A DNA stretch of 41,905 nucleotides, taken from the IMG/VR virus record IMGVR_UViG_3300029684_000017, positions 1 through 41,905 of that record. One strand, given 5' to 3'. The position numbers and the translations under genes were made by a program. The notes beneath the pieces were generated by a model. That model was not told the DNA's origin, did no database searches, and saw nothing but the letters and a program-made list of their open reading frames with translations. The stretch comes from a virus. Positions 24,885 through 33,649 of the stretch are shown here, piece by piece; position 1 is the stretch's first letter; every line of letters begins with the position of its first letter.

Positions 24885-25463
24885 ATGGCAGTACAAACAT
24901 GCACCACTACGCTCGGGCGGGACATTCTCAACGACTGCAACGAGCCCCACGCTAAAGGCGTGGAAAAGTTTTTCTATTTCATCTCCCGGGATGCTATCGA
25001 CTGGGACAAATCCACGCGCGAGGACTTCATGATTACCAACTTGGTGGCTCTGACCGGCAAGCGTGGTTACAAGGTCCGGAACCCGTCGAATGAAACCCCG
25101 GCGATCACCATCACAGACCAAAACCCGAGCATCGACACCGCGTGGGACAAGGTTCTGCCCGTTACCCTCTTGGCCGACAGCCCGGAGAACGCCGCCGCCA
25201 TCATGGGGCTCAAGCAGGACAAATACGTCTGCATTTACGAGAACATGGAGAAAGGCGACGCAGGTAAGCAGGCGTTTGTCGTCATCGGCTGGGAGCAGGG
25301 CGCAACAGGTGTAGACCTGAACATGGACAAGAGCGGGGACACCGGCGGCTGGACAGGCAACATTACCGAGACCGGAGCCCCGACGTCGCAACTGTTCTTC
25401 TACAAGACGGACTACGCAACGACGAAGGCGGCCCTCGAATCGCTGTGTTCGGCAGCGTCCTAA
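24885..25463 (+). CDS. Hypothetical virion protein (192 aa; tail-tube-sized) with its own promoter-like element
   Basis: ORF about 100 nt downstream of copy B. Confidence 0.65.
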   Translation: MAVQTCTTTLGRDILNDCNEPHAKGVEKFFYFISRDAIDWDKSTREDFMITNLVALTGKRGYKVRNPSNETPAITITDQNPSIDTAWDKVLPVTLLADSPENAAAIMGLKQDKYVCIYENMEKGDAGKQAFVVIGWEQGATGVDLNMDKSGDTGGWTGNITETGAPTSQLFFYKTDYATTKAALESLCSAAS

Positions 25464-25465
25464 TC

Positions 25466-25846
25466 ATGCAGACACAGGACTGGTATAGAGAGAGGGTTTC
25501 GGCCCCCTCTCTATCCGATGCCGACAAGGCTGTTATCAGAGCGGATTGGGAGGAGATCACGGGCAAGGATTTCACCGCATCATTCAATGCCCGGTGCCCG
25601 AACTGTCATCACGATGCGGCAATACTAATTTTACGGACTATGAACAAGCAGGAAAACGGCGGATACATCCTTAAGAGGGGTATCGCTTTCAGATACAAAG
25701 GCAAAGTATATACCGCCGACAATATCACGGCTCCGGCGGCTGAATGGTATATCGCGCAAGACCTGAAACACCGCGACGATTTCGAAGCACTCGCAAAGGA
25801 TTACGACGAGTACGAAACGGTATCTCCGAAACACAAAGAGGAATAA
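25466..25846 (+). CDS. Hypothetical protein with a CxxC pair (126 aa)
   Basis: ATG 2 nt after the upstream stop (the track ORF begins earlier at 25445). Confidence 0.6.
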   Translation: MQTQDWYRERVSAPSLSDADKAVIRADWEEITGKDFTASFNARCPNCHHDAAILILRTMNKQENGGYILKRGIAFRYKGKVYTADNITAPAAEWYIAQDLKHRDDFEALAKDYDEYETVSPKHKEE

Positions 25847-25848
25847 AT

Positions 25849-27588
25849 ATGGCCGATGAAATTATTCGCCACGTCAACTGTGCCAGCGATTTCCGTATTG
25901 TATTCGCATTTTCAGGCGGCAAGTTACCCGATTATCCGTGGCGTTTAGGGCTTAAAACGCCCAACACACCGTCATATAACATGTATGTTGCCTCGTTTGA
26001 CGGGACGACATACAACAACTGTTCGCCGATTGACGATGAATCTATTATGGTTTTTGTAGACCATCATCGTCTGGTCCCCGGAATCCTGCATTACTATTTG
26101 CAGACGGACGCCCCCGACAGCCTTTTCCCCGACGGAGAGATGAATGTCACCATTCCCGGAACCGTCAATATAGAGCTGTGGGAGGGTCCCTCCGACGGGG
26201 ACACGCCGCCGGAAGTTACAGTAATCACCGAACGCCTGTTGAAAGGCGACAAAGGCGACAAAGGCGATCCGGGCGAGGCCGGCCAGATTACGTCCGCCAC
26301 GGCCAGTGTGGATAACACTACCGGTACTCCAAGCGTAAATATTGAATTGGGAGGCACCCCTGAGAAGCGAACTATTGATCTCAAGTTCTCGGGTCTTAAA
26401 GGCGAACCCGGTGAACCGGATGACGCCTTCGTTCGTTATGATAAGGCTCAGGATTTAACCACATCGGAGCAGAATCAAGCATTGAAGAACATCGGTGCTG
26501 ATCTGATGGTTATTGATCTTGTCAATGGTCAGGCTGTACTTACAGAGGAACAGGAGGCCAGATTGTTGTCGTGTAATGGAGTTATTTTGCGGGGCACAGT
26601 AAATGCGAGCAATGAGGTATTTACTAAAATATATTTTAGTGACTATCAAGGAGGAGATGTTATCGCTTTCTATGCAGTCCGAAGCTACGTGAGTTGCCTT
26701 AGGTGTACTTATACCAAATCTACAAAAATTTTCAGGTTTATTGGTGGTGTCGGATGGTCCAATCCCACCTATGTTTCGACTGGTTCTTCTCAGAATTTTT
26801 CTGCGAGTGCGCAGGATATGGCCTTGTCTAATATAGGTCTTGATTTTGTACATATAGATTACTCTCTATTAGGAACTACTCTTACAGATGAGATGCTTGC
26901 AGTTGTTGATAATGCTCGAGGTATTATTTTAACTAATACACCGTCCAATTACAGTAATCCGACGGTTTTCATTAAAGGCAATAATGTATCTGGGTCTTGT
27001 ATCTTCGTAGGCTTTGTTACGGGAAATACATATTCTATATTCACACTTAACAAGTCTACAAAATTATTGTCAGGTCTAAGTTCCGGTTTAACTTATGGAG
27101 GTTCGGTAAGATACGCCGAGGTTCAGAATTTAACCACATCGGAGCAGAATACGGCCCTGTCCAATATCGGGTCTGAGTTGTTCGTTTTGGATATAGAGAA
27201 CGGGCAAGCTACGCTTACTGATGCGCAGGAGGCAGCTTTGTTGTCATCCAAGGGAGTCATTTTGCGGGGCACGGTAAATGCGGGCAAGGAGGTACTTACT
27301 AAAATATATTTTAGTGACTATCAAGGAGGAGATACTGTAAATTTCTTTGCAATCCGAAACAACGAGTTTTGTCTTAGGTGTTCTTATACCAAATCGACAA
27401 AAATTTTCAAGTTTAATACTGGCGTCAGATGGTCCAATCCCACCTATGTTTCGGTATATTCTCCTCAGAACTTTTCTATGAGTGAACAGGCGCAGGCTCG
27501 CGCAAATATCGGGATTCAGTCGGCCGACGAGTTGCTTGCAGATGATGACTTCATAGCTTCACTGAAAACTAAACTCGGCATCGGATAA
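25849..27588 (+). CDS. Tail fibre with short collagen-like G-X-Y runs and three tandem about-110-aa C-terminal modules
   Basis: GDKGDKGDPGEAGQ and GLKGEPGEP. Modules delimited by QNxALxNIG-type motifs. ATG at 25849. Confidence 0.8.
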   Translation: MADEIIRHVNCASDFRIVFAFSGGKLPDYPWRLGLKTPNTPSYNMYVASFDGTTYNNCSPIDDESIMVFVDHHRLVPGILHYYLQTDAPDSLFPDGEMNVTIPGTVNIELWEGPSDGDTPPEVTVITERLLKGDKGDKGDPGEAGQITSATASVDNTTGTPSVNIELGGTPEKRTIDLKFSGLKGEPGEPDDAFVRYDKAQDLTTSEQNQALKNIGADLMVIDLVNGQAVLTEEQEARLLSCNGVILRGTVNASNEVFTKIYFSDYQGGDVIAFYAVRSYVSCLRCTYTKSTKIFRFIGGVGWSNPTYVSTGSSQNFSASAQDMALSNIGLDFVHIDYSLLGTTLTDEMLAVVDNARGIILTNTPSNYSNPTVFIKGNNVSGSCIFVGFVTGNTYSIFTLNKSTKLLSGLSSGLTYGGSVRYAEVQNLTTSEQNTALSNIGSELFVLDIENGQATLTDAQEAALLSSKGVILRGTVNAGKEVLTKIYFSDYQGGDTVNFFAIRNNEFCLRCSYTKSTKIFKFNTGVRWSNPTYVSVYSPQNFSMSEQAQARANIGIQSADELLADDDFIASLKTKLGIG

Positions 27589-27589
27589 T

Positions 27590-28093
27590 ATGGCACGGAT
27601 GACTGAAATAATCATTAACATCGGTTACAAACTGAGCGAAATGTTCCAAACGGTTTATGGATGGATCGCTGCGGCAGGCATTTTCATCGTGAATTTCTTC
27701 GCTGGGTATGAGATGGCCATCAATGCCGTAGTAGTATGTGTGGCCCTCGATACTGCCTGGGGCATTGCGGCCCAAATCAAACGCGGGCATTTCGCGCTCT
27801 CCGAGCTCGGACGGCATGGGATGCTGTCTAAATTGGCGCTGTACGCTTCGGTGATCGCAGCGTTTGTGCTGATCGAGCGAATGGCGGAATTGGAATCACA
27901 ACTCGCCGTGATCGCTATCTGCACCCTGATCTGTCTGGTCGAACTTTGGTCGATGGGAGGATCGGCGCTGATCGTAAGCCCGAAAATGCCGTTTCTGCGA
28001 ATATTCCGTGAAGTGCTGGCCGGAGAAGTCGCCCGGAAAATGCAGGTCCCGGTCGAAGAGGCCAAAAAGTATTTGGACGGAACTAATAAATAA
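27590..28093 (+). CDS. Holin-like membrane protein
   Basis: 167 aa with 3-4 hydrophobic helices, immediately upstream of the lysin-like gene. Confidence 0.6.
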   Translation: MARMTEIIINIGYKLSEMFQTVYGWIAAAGIFIVNFFAGYEMAINAVVVCVALDTAWGIAAQIKRGHFALSELGRHGMLSKLALYASVIAAFVLIERMAELESQLAVIAICTLICLVELWSMGGSALIVSPKMPFLRIFREVLAGEVARKMQVPVEEAKKYLDGTNK

Positions 28094-28100
28094 AATCAAC

Positions 28101-28511
28101 ATGACACGAGGTCTTAGAAACAACAATCCGCTCAATATCGAGAAGAGCAAGGGCGGCAATCCCTGGCAGGGCGAGATCGTGCCGTCGGAAGACAGCCGTT
28201 TCGCACAATTCAGGACGATAGCCTACGGATACCGGGCGGCTTTCAAGCTGCTTAACAACTACCAGCGCAACTACGGACTGGACACCATCCGAAAGATGAT
28301 CGGACGCTGGGCGCCGTCGGAGGAGAATCACACGGAAGCCTATATCCGTACCGTGGCCGAGAAATCGGGTGTACCTGCCGACAGCCGGATCACCACGACG
28401 AACCGCGATGTGATGGTGCCTGTCGTTGCGGCGATGTCGTATGTAGAAAACGGTGTCGAGGCCAAGATATTCGACGTACAGGCCGGATGGGATTTGTTCA
28501 TTAAGGGATGA
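28101..28511 (+). CDS. Putative peptidoglycan hydrolase / endolysin (P5-like family)
   Basis: LRNNNPLNIEKS...WQGE...F..FRTIAYGYRA...IGRWAPSEENHTEAYI signature. ATG at 28101. Confidence 0.55.
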   Translation: MTRGLRNNNPLNIEKSKGGNPWQGEIVPSEDSRFAQFRTIAYGYRAAFKLLNNYQRNYGLDTIRKMIGRWAPSEENHTEAYIRTVAEKSGVPADSRITTTNRDVMVPVVAAMSYVENGVEAKIFDVQAGWDLFIKG

Positions 28512-29008
28512 AACGCCTAATCCTATACCTGCTTACCGCGCTCATCGCCGGAGCAATGCTCTTTGGCTGGGGATACCGCAGGGGAGCGGACTCGGTGGGA
28601 ATCCGGTCGGAAGTGCGTATCGATACCGTGTTCTACGAGCGGCCGCAGTCGTACGGTTTTTCCGAACAGCTGGTGACGGTGAATGTCCCGCGGCTGCTGT
28701 TTGCTCCCGCGGATACGGTGGTGCGTGTTGTCGAGGCTGTGAACGGAACCGACAGCGTGCAGATGGAGGTTCCGGTGCGCACGCTCGAATACCGGGATTC
28801 TACCTACTATGCCCGGGTGTCGGGCCCTGTTATCGGGGATTTGGCGCCCCGGCTGGACTGGATCGAAACCTACAATCGGACCGTCACCCGGACCACGCCC
28901 GCCCGCAGCCGGTTTGCTGTGACGGTTGGAGCCGGAGTAGGATATACTCCGCAGGGATTTCAGCCGACGGTCGGGGTGCAGGCCGGCATAGTGCTGTGGG
29001 CAAAATAA
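28508..29008 (+). CDS. Membrane-anchored lysis-cassette protein (spanin-like candidate)
   Basis: N-terminal anchor LILYLLTALIAGAMLFGW. ATGA overlap with the lysin-like gene. Confidence 0.5.
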   Translation: MKRLILYLLTALIAGAMLFGWGYRRGADSVGIRSEVRIDTVFYERPQSYGFSEQLVTVNVPRLLFAPADTVVRVVEAVNGTDSVQMEVPVRTLEYRDSTYYARVSGPVIGDLAPRLDWIETYNRTVTRTTPARSRFAVTVGAGVGYTPQGFQPTVGVQAGIVLWAK

Positions 29009-29067
29009 GCCATCCAAAAAACGCTTATTCTTATAGCGGTATTTAATAACATATAAATAAAAAAGTT

Positions 29068-29379
29068 ATGAAAGTGATTTATAACAACATCATTCCTTTC
29101 AAGGGGTTCGCGGCGATCAACTTGTTCGGCATTATCTTCGCCCGCAAAGAGTGTCGCCCGCTGTCGGAAACCACTGTCAATCACGAGTCGATACATACCG
29201 AGCAGATGAAGGAGCTGCTGTATGCGGGGTTCTACATCTGCTACCTCGCGGAGTGGATCGTGCGGCTCTTCATGAAGGGCAACGCATACCGCAATATCTC
29301 ATTTGAAAGGGAGGCGTACCGGTGCCAGCATATTCCCGGATATGCGCAGATCAGGCAGCGATTCGCCCAATGGCGATAA
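29068..29379 (+). CDS. Small HExxH-motif protein (103 aa)
   Basis: NHESIHTEQ contains HExxH, with a downstream FEREAY motif. Confidence 0.55.
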   Translation: MKVIYNNIIPFKGFAAINLFGIIFARKECRPLSETTVNHESIHTEQMKELLYAGFYICYLAEWIVRLFMKGNAYRNISFEREAYRCQHIPGYAQIRQRFAQWR

Positions 29380-29387
29380 ATTAGACC

Positions 29388-29417
29388 TTGGGGGATGGGT
29401 ATAAAAAAGCCCCCCAA
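29388..29417 (+). terminator. Probable terminator
   Basis: ttggggg / cccccaa stem, 16-nt loop, cgtttta. Confidence 0.45.
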
Positions 29418-29428
29418 CGTTTTACGCA

Positions 29429-29515
29429 TATACCCCTATATACGAGTGTTTCCACACCAACATTGAGGACTTAAAACCTTAACTGTAAGTGTGGAAATTT
29501 TCATATAGGGGTATA
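29429..29515. repeat. 87-nt imperfect palindrome (13-bp outer and 9-bp inner arms, 31-nt centre)
   Basis: tatacccctatat (29429-29441) pairs with atataggggtata (29503-29515). tttccacac (29449-29457) pairs with gtgtggaaa (29489-29497). Confidence 0.85.
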
Positions 29516-29545
29516 ACAAAGTTATGATAAATAATCTTTGAATGT

Positions 29546-29857
29546 ATGCGTAAAACAGAGCTTTTTGCACAAATACTTAAAACCGTTGCAAATGAAACGG
29601 AATTGACGCCCGAGCAAATCCTTTCGTGTTGTCGCACGGCCGAAACGGTCGATGCGCGTTATATGCTCGTCTACCTGTTAAAGCGCGAAGGCATATATAT
29701 CGGTGAAATAGCCCGCATGATGAACTTCTCCCGCCGGGGTGTCGAAAAGATGCTGTCGCAGTTCGAAGATCGCCGCATTCAAAGCGGACGTATTTTCGAA
29801 TTGGCGTTCGAACGTATTGCGAACAAAGTGCGCATAACCTCCGAATCATCCCATTGA
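29546..29857 (+). CDS. DnaA-domain-IV-like HTH protein (103 aa)
   Basis: LTPEQILSCCRTAETVDARYMLVYLLKREGIYIGEIARMMNFSRRGVEKML resembles the DnaA C-terminal DNA-binding domain pattern. Confidence 0.55.
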   Translation: MRKTELFAQILKTVANETELTPEQILSCCRTAETVDARYMLVYLLKREGIYIGEIARMMNFSRRGVEKMLSQFEDRRIQSGRIFELAFERIANKVRITSESSH

Positions 29858-29915
29858 TCACCTTGCCGAACTGGGTCACCTTTGCATCGTAGCTACGGTA
29901 TGAAGGCTATCTCAA
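29853..29915 (+). promoter_or_regulatory. Late-type promoter-like element, copy C (TTG, 20 nt, CACCTTTG)
   Basis: cacctttgcatcgta matches copy A (ctcctttgcatcgta). Overlaps the 3-prime end of the preceding gene. Confidence 0.45.
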
Positions 29916-29955
29916 TCGCTGAAGAGGTAAGAGGCGGAAAAATCTTAAAAAAAGT

Positions 29956-30756
29956 ATGGCATACGAAGAAAGCGGCAACGGCGGCACGAAGGTCTACTGT
30001 TGCGGGCAGCCCGACAACACGCTTGCAGCCGCAGCCCTGATGCGGGGCAGTGGCGATTCGGACAAAGACGCCTGGCCGATGATGGCCATGATGAACGGCG
30101 GCATGAACGGCCAGTGGAACAATCCGTTCGTCTATCTGGTCTGGATGATGTTTGCCCAGCGCATGTGGGGTGCTAACGGTTTCGGCGGCGGAGGCGAGAA
30201 CCCGCAGCTGGCGGCAATTCAGGCACAGATGAACACCAATCAGAACTCGGAGCTCATCGTTCGGGCTATCGACGGCAACCGTGATGCTCTGAGTACGTTG
30301 GCGTCCAATCTGAACTGCGACTTCAACACGCTGAATGCCGCCATTTGCGACGTTCGCGGAGGTATCGACAAACTCGCGGGACAGATCGGCTTCTCGGCCG
30401 AGCGGGTCATCAACGCCGTGCAGACCGGAAACAGCAGCGTCATCCAGGCGATCCAGAACTGCTGCTGCGAGAACCGTTTGGCGATCTGCCAGCAGACGAA
30501 CACGCTTCAGACGGCTATCAACAGTGTGGCCACCGGTCAGGAGCGCGGTTTCGCATCTGTGGCGTACGAGACGCAGCGTCAAACGTGCGATCTGCTCAAC
30601 GCCGGGGAGAAGAACACGCAGCGTATCATCGACACGCTGAATGCTCACTGGACCGCAGATTTGCAGCAGCGTTACAACGACGCTCGCCTGGAGCTGAGCC
30701 AGCTCCGGCAGAACGAGACGCTGATCGCAGCGCTGAAAACGTCGAGCGCATCCTAA
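29956..30756 (+). CDS. Hypothetical Gln/Asn/Cys-rich protein (266 aa)
   Basis: Plus-strand ORF downstream of copy C. Gly/Met/Trp-rich N-terminal segment, helical repeats, NCCCEN. Confidence 0.6.
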   Translation: MAYEESGNGGTKVYCCGQPDNTLAAAALMRGSGDSDKDAWPMMAMMNGGMNGQWNNPFVYLVWMMFAQRMWGANGFGGGGENPQLAAIQAQMNTNQNSELIVRAIDGNRDALSTLASNLNCDFNTLNAAICDVRGGIDKLAGQIGFSAERVINAVQTGNSSVIQAIQNCCCENRLAICQQTNTLQTAINSVATGQERGFASVAYETQRQTCDLLNAGEKNTQRIIDTLNAHWTADLQQRYNDARLELSQLRQNETLIAALKTSSAS

Positions 30757-30814
30757 TCGGACGTCAACCGGGCAGGGAGAGAAAATCTCCCTGCCTTTAT
30801 AAACCTTCATACTT

Positions 30815-31300
30815 ATGTTCAAGGATCTGAAAACAGGGTATCCGGTGTACATTTTCAACAAGCCGGAGTTAACGATCTCGCAGGCCAAAGTCCTGCAAGT
30901 ATCCCAGCCGTACTTCGAGACGCCGAAGCCGCAGCCGGCTTTCGTGCCTTCGTCTCAAAGCACTCTCCGGTATGTAGATGTCACCGTAGAACTCGACGGC
31001 AGGCAGTCCACATATGCCATAGCGGAAAATCTGTCGCTGGCCTATGCCAACGATAACAAACTCGTCCTGGCGACCGACAAAGCCGGCATCGTTCGGGAGA
31101 TTGAGGCGATGCGGACGCAAAGCCAGGATGCCTTATCGGCCGTGGACCGGCATAAGGAAATCATCGAGAAAACATCTCAGTTGCTCGAAGAGTGGAATCC
31201 CGAGTACCGGGAGAAAGCCGAAACGGAAAAGCGGCTTGCGGCTTTGGAAGCCGGAATGGGAGACATCAAAGGGATGATCAAGACACTATTGGAAAAATAG
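30815..31300 (+). CDS. Hypothetical protein with a C-terminal coiled coil (161 aa)
   Basis: ORF. Confidence 0.7.
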   Translation: MFKDLKTGYPVYIFNKPELTISQAKVLQVSQPYFETPKPQPAFVPSSQSTLRYVDVTVELDGRQSTYAIAENLSLAYANDNKLVLATDKAGIVREIEAMRTQSQDALSAVDRHKEIIEKTSQLLEEWNPEYREKAETEKRLAALEAGMGDIKGMIKTLLEK

Positions 31301-31393
31301 TAGAACTTGTGAATCAAGACGAGAATCCCGAAACCGAGGATAACAAATTCATAAACCGCTCCCGCGCGTGTTGGTGTGTAAAAACTGTTAGAC

Positions 31394-31924
31394 ATGACTT
31401 CAATCGAATTAAAGGAACGCTACGAACGGCTGCATGACAAGATGGCCGGCATGGATGATGAACACGCAAAAAAAGTGTTTGCCGGGGCCCAGATGTGGGC
31501 ATTCGGGAAAGTGGCGGAATCATCGCCGGCCATTGCGGAGATATGGCTTTCAAAGTTGGAAGCAATATGTTGGAACAACTATCTGTCGGATGCCGAAGCA
31601 AAGACGATAGCTTCAAAACTGATCAATCAGGACGGAAGCACCGGACCCAGATGGAGCAAGGAGGCATTCTTGCAAACCGTCGAAAAACTGGGCGGAGACA
31701 TCGAAAAAGAACCGTATTACAACGACAATGCCTTATGGGTCACGGCTGTAATGATATACAGCGACCACGCCAAAAGCATTGCTGAAGATATGGGGCACAC
31801 CTCGCCGTCTGAAATCCCGTCCGAGAAAATGGCGCTGTCGTGCTACCGGAAAGCCGTGGAGAAACTATGCGACAAGGACCGGAAGCACTTTGTCCGCGAG
31901 TATTTCGAAAACGAACTGATGTAA
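31394..31924 (+). CDS. Hypothetical protein (176 aa)
   Basis: ORF followed by a terminator. Confidence 0.7.
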   Translation: MTSIELKERYERLHDKMAGMDDEHAKKVFAGAQMWAFGKVAESSPAIAEIWLSKLEAICWNNYLSDAEAKTIASKLINQDGSTGPRWSKEAFLQTVEKLGGDIEKEPYYNDNALWVTAVMIYSDHAKSIAEDMGHTSPSEIPSEKMALSCYRKAVEKLCDKDRKHFVREYFENELM

Positions 31925-31930
31925 GAAAAC

Positions 31931-31953
31931 GTCCTCGCAAGTAATGCGAGGAC
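31931..31953 (+). terminator. Terminator hairpin ending the rightward arm
   Basis: gtcctcgca-agtaa-tgcgaggac, then gctactttatt. Confidence 0.65.
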
Positions 31954-32066
31954 GCTACTTTATTATGAATGACGAAATGACATACTGGGTATCGCAGCTC
32001 GAAATAAACGAATGTTCGGCGCCGCTGTTCGCTCTGGTGATCGCAAAGATCATGGAGGTGATGTGA

Positions 32067-33380
32067 TCACTCCAAAAGTTTGACCAGATCGACCTTCATA
32101 TCCTCATCGATGTCTCGATAGCGGGCGAATGCCTTGCTGCCTTCTTTATGACCCGACAATGCTCCGACAAGATTGGGGTCCTTGACTTGTTTGTATAGGT
32201 TGCCTACGAAAGTGCGTCGCGCCAAGTGGGACGATGCGACCTCCCAAATAGGTCGTTGCTCCGGATCTCGGGTAAGCTGATTCAGGATCGTTACTTTCCG
32301 TTTCAATCCAGCGGCAAGGAAAATCCGTTTAATCGCTTTGTTGTACTGCTGTTCTGCGATAAGTGGCAAAAGAGACGGACCCTCATAACGGGCATAACGG
32401 TCCAGTATTTCGCGAGCAATGGAATTGAGAGGAACCCTGACTGTTATAGGGCGCCCGTCCTTTGTTTTGCGAGGAATATATTCAATAGCTCCGCGAATTA
32501 GATTGTCTTTCGTCAATGCATATAAGTCACCAACCCGACACCCGATCAAGCATTGGAATACGAAGATGTCTCGTTGAATGGATAGCCGGGGATGTCGAGA
32601 AAGATTTGTGTGAAATATTCTATTCCGCTCGTCTATAGTAATATAGTAAGGGGTCCCATAAACGCAGTCTTCAATAGCATATTTCTTAAAAGGGTTGTTC
32701 GTTGTCTTATCATTATCTACCGCCCATATAAATATAGTCCTCAGCTTCTTCATCATGCCGCTGATCGTGTTCGATCCTCGCGGGCTCGGCTTACGGGATT
32801 CAGGAACCTGCTTGTATATTTGAGGATTGGCAGTAGCGATAACATGCTCGTTGCGCAGATAATTGTCGATAACATACAAGTCATCCAATGACAAAGTGTC
32901 AATATCCAAGATATATCCGGGTTCTTTGATCTGTCTCCACAGCTCAAACCTTTTCAATATTCGGAACAAAACCCTGAAATTGGCCTGGCGAACCTGCGAT
33001 AGCTTGCGTTTCTGAATAAATTCATCACAAATATCGAAGAACCCGGGTTTTAGCAAATGAAACTTTTCAGGGTGCAGACGCTTGTCCACTTCGATACGGA
33101 ATGTATCGGATAATACATTCTTTTTGTCGGGAAGCGAAGCATATACATCCAATAAAAGATTCTTCCATTTTGCAACATCGGCGTTGAACTCTCCCCTTGC
33201 GATAGTATCATAAATCACTTTCGATTTAATTTCTTGCCGCTTCGGGTCCCAATGTGCCGGATTTATTTCTAAATTTGACGTGTAAAAAAGTTGAACGTAC
33301 CTGCCGTCCCGAATTCGGAACCGAACTTTGCACTTGACGCCTTTTTTTGAGGTGCGAACGAAAGCAGAGATAGTAGCCAT
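32067..33380 (-). CDS. int: Tyrosine integrase (Bacteroidetes phage type with an N-terminal arm-binding domain)
   Basis: CLIGCRVGDL (Arg), HLARRTF (HxxR) and GHKEGSKAFARY (His...Tyr). Start taken at MATISAFVRTSKKG. Confidence 0.9.
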   Translation of the reverse strand: MATISAFVRTSKKGVKCKVRFRIRDGRYVQLFYTSNLEINPAHWDPKRQEIKSKVIYDTIARGEFNADVAKWKNLLLDVYASLPDKKNVLSDTFRIEVDKRLHPEKFHLLKPGFFDICDEFIQKRKLSQVRQANFRVLFRILKRFELWRQIKEPGYILDIDTLSLDDLYVIDNYLRNEHVIATANPQIYKQVPESRKPSPRGSNTISGMMKKLRTIFIWAVDNDKTTNNPFKKYAIEDCVYGTPYYITIDERNRIFHTNLSRHPRLSIQRDIFVFQCLIGCRVGDLYALTKDNLIRGAIEYIPRKTKDGRPITVRVPLNSIAREILDRYARYEGPSLLPLIAEQQYNKAIKRIFLAAGLKRKVTILNQLTRDPEQRPIWEVASSHLARRTFVGNLYKQVKDPNLVGALSGHKEGSKAFARYRDIDEDMKVDLVKLLE

Positions 33381-33575
33381 CGGGATAGTATTTAAGTGGT
33401 GGTGCAAGTTTAGCTTTTTTGCACCACACAACCAAATACAAATGTCCTTATTTGTCCGGAGTTGTCACAAATAAAACCACGTAAAACACGGAGGCTCAAA
33501 TATAAAAGCAAAATAGACAACAAGATACAAATGCGCCGACGGACAGCAATGTGGCCGCGGTGGGGCTACAATACG

Positions 33576-33612
33576 AAAAGCTAATACTCATAAATACAGA
33601 GTATTAGCTTTT
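33576..33612. terminator. Perfect 14-bp hairpin (bidirectional-type terminator) between the xis-like gene and int
   Basis: aaaagctaatactc-ataaataca-gagtattagctttt. Confidence 0.7.
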
Positions 33613-33649
33613 ATATTTTAGATTCAATGCACCACATTTGCACCATTCG

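Noticed and set aside
26431-27520. Diversity-generating retroelement (template/variable repeat pair) in the tail fibre.
   Set aside because: No reverse transcriptase is present anywhere in the genome. Differences between the repeats are not restricted to adenine positions. The repeats are whole in-frame protein modules.
29893-30888. 331-aa minus-strand ORF.
   Set aside because: It is a shadow of the plus-strand gene 29956..30756 in a GC-rich stretch. It is Arg/Leu/Val-rich with no recognisable features, would run against all neighbouring genes, and would cover the start of the next plus gene. It was kept as a caveat in the findings.
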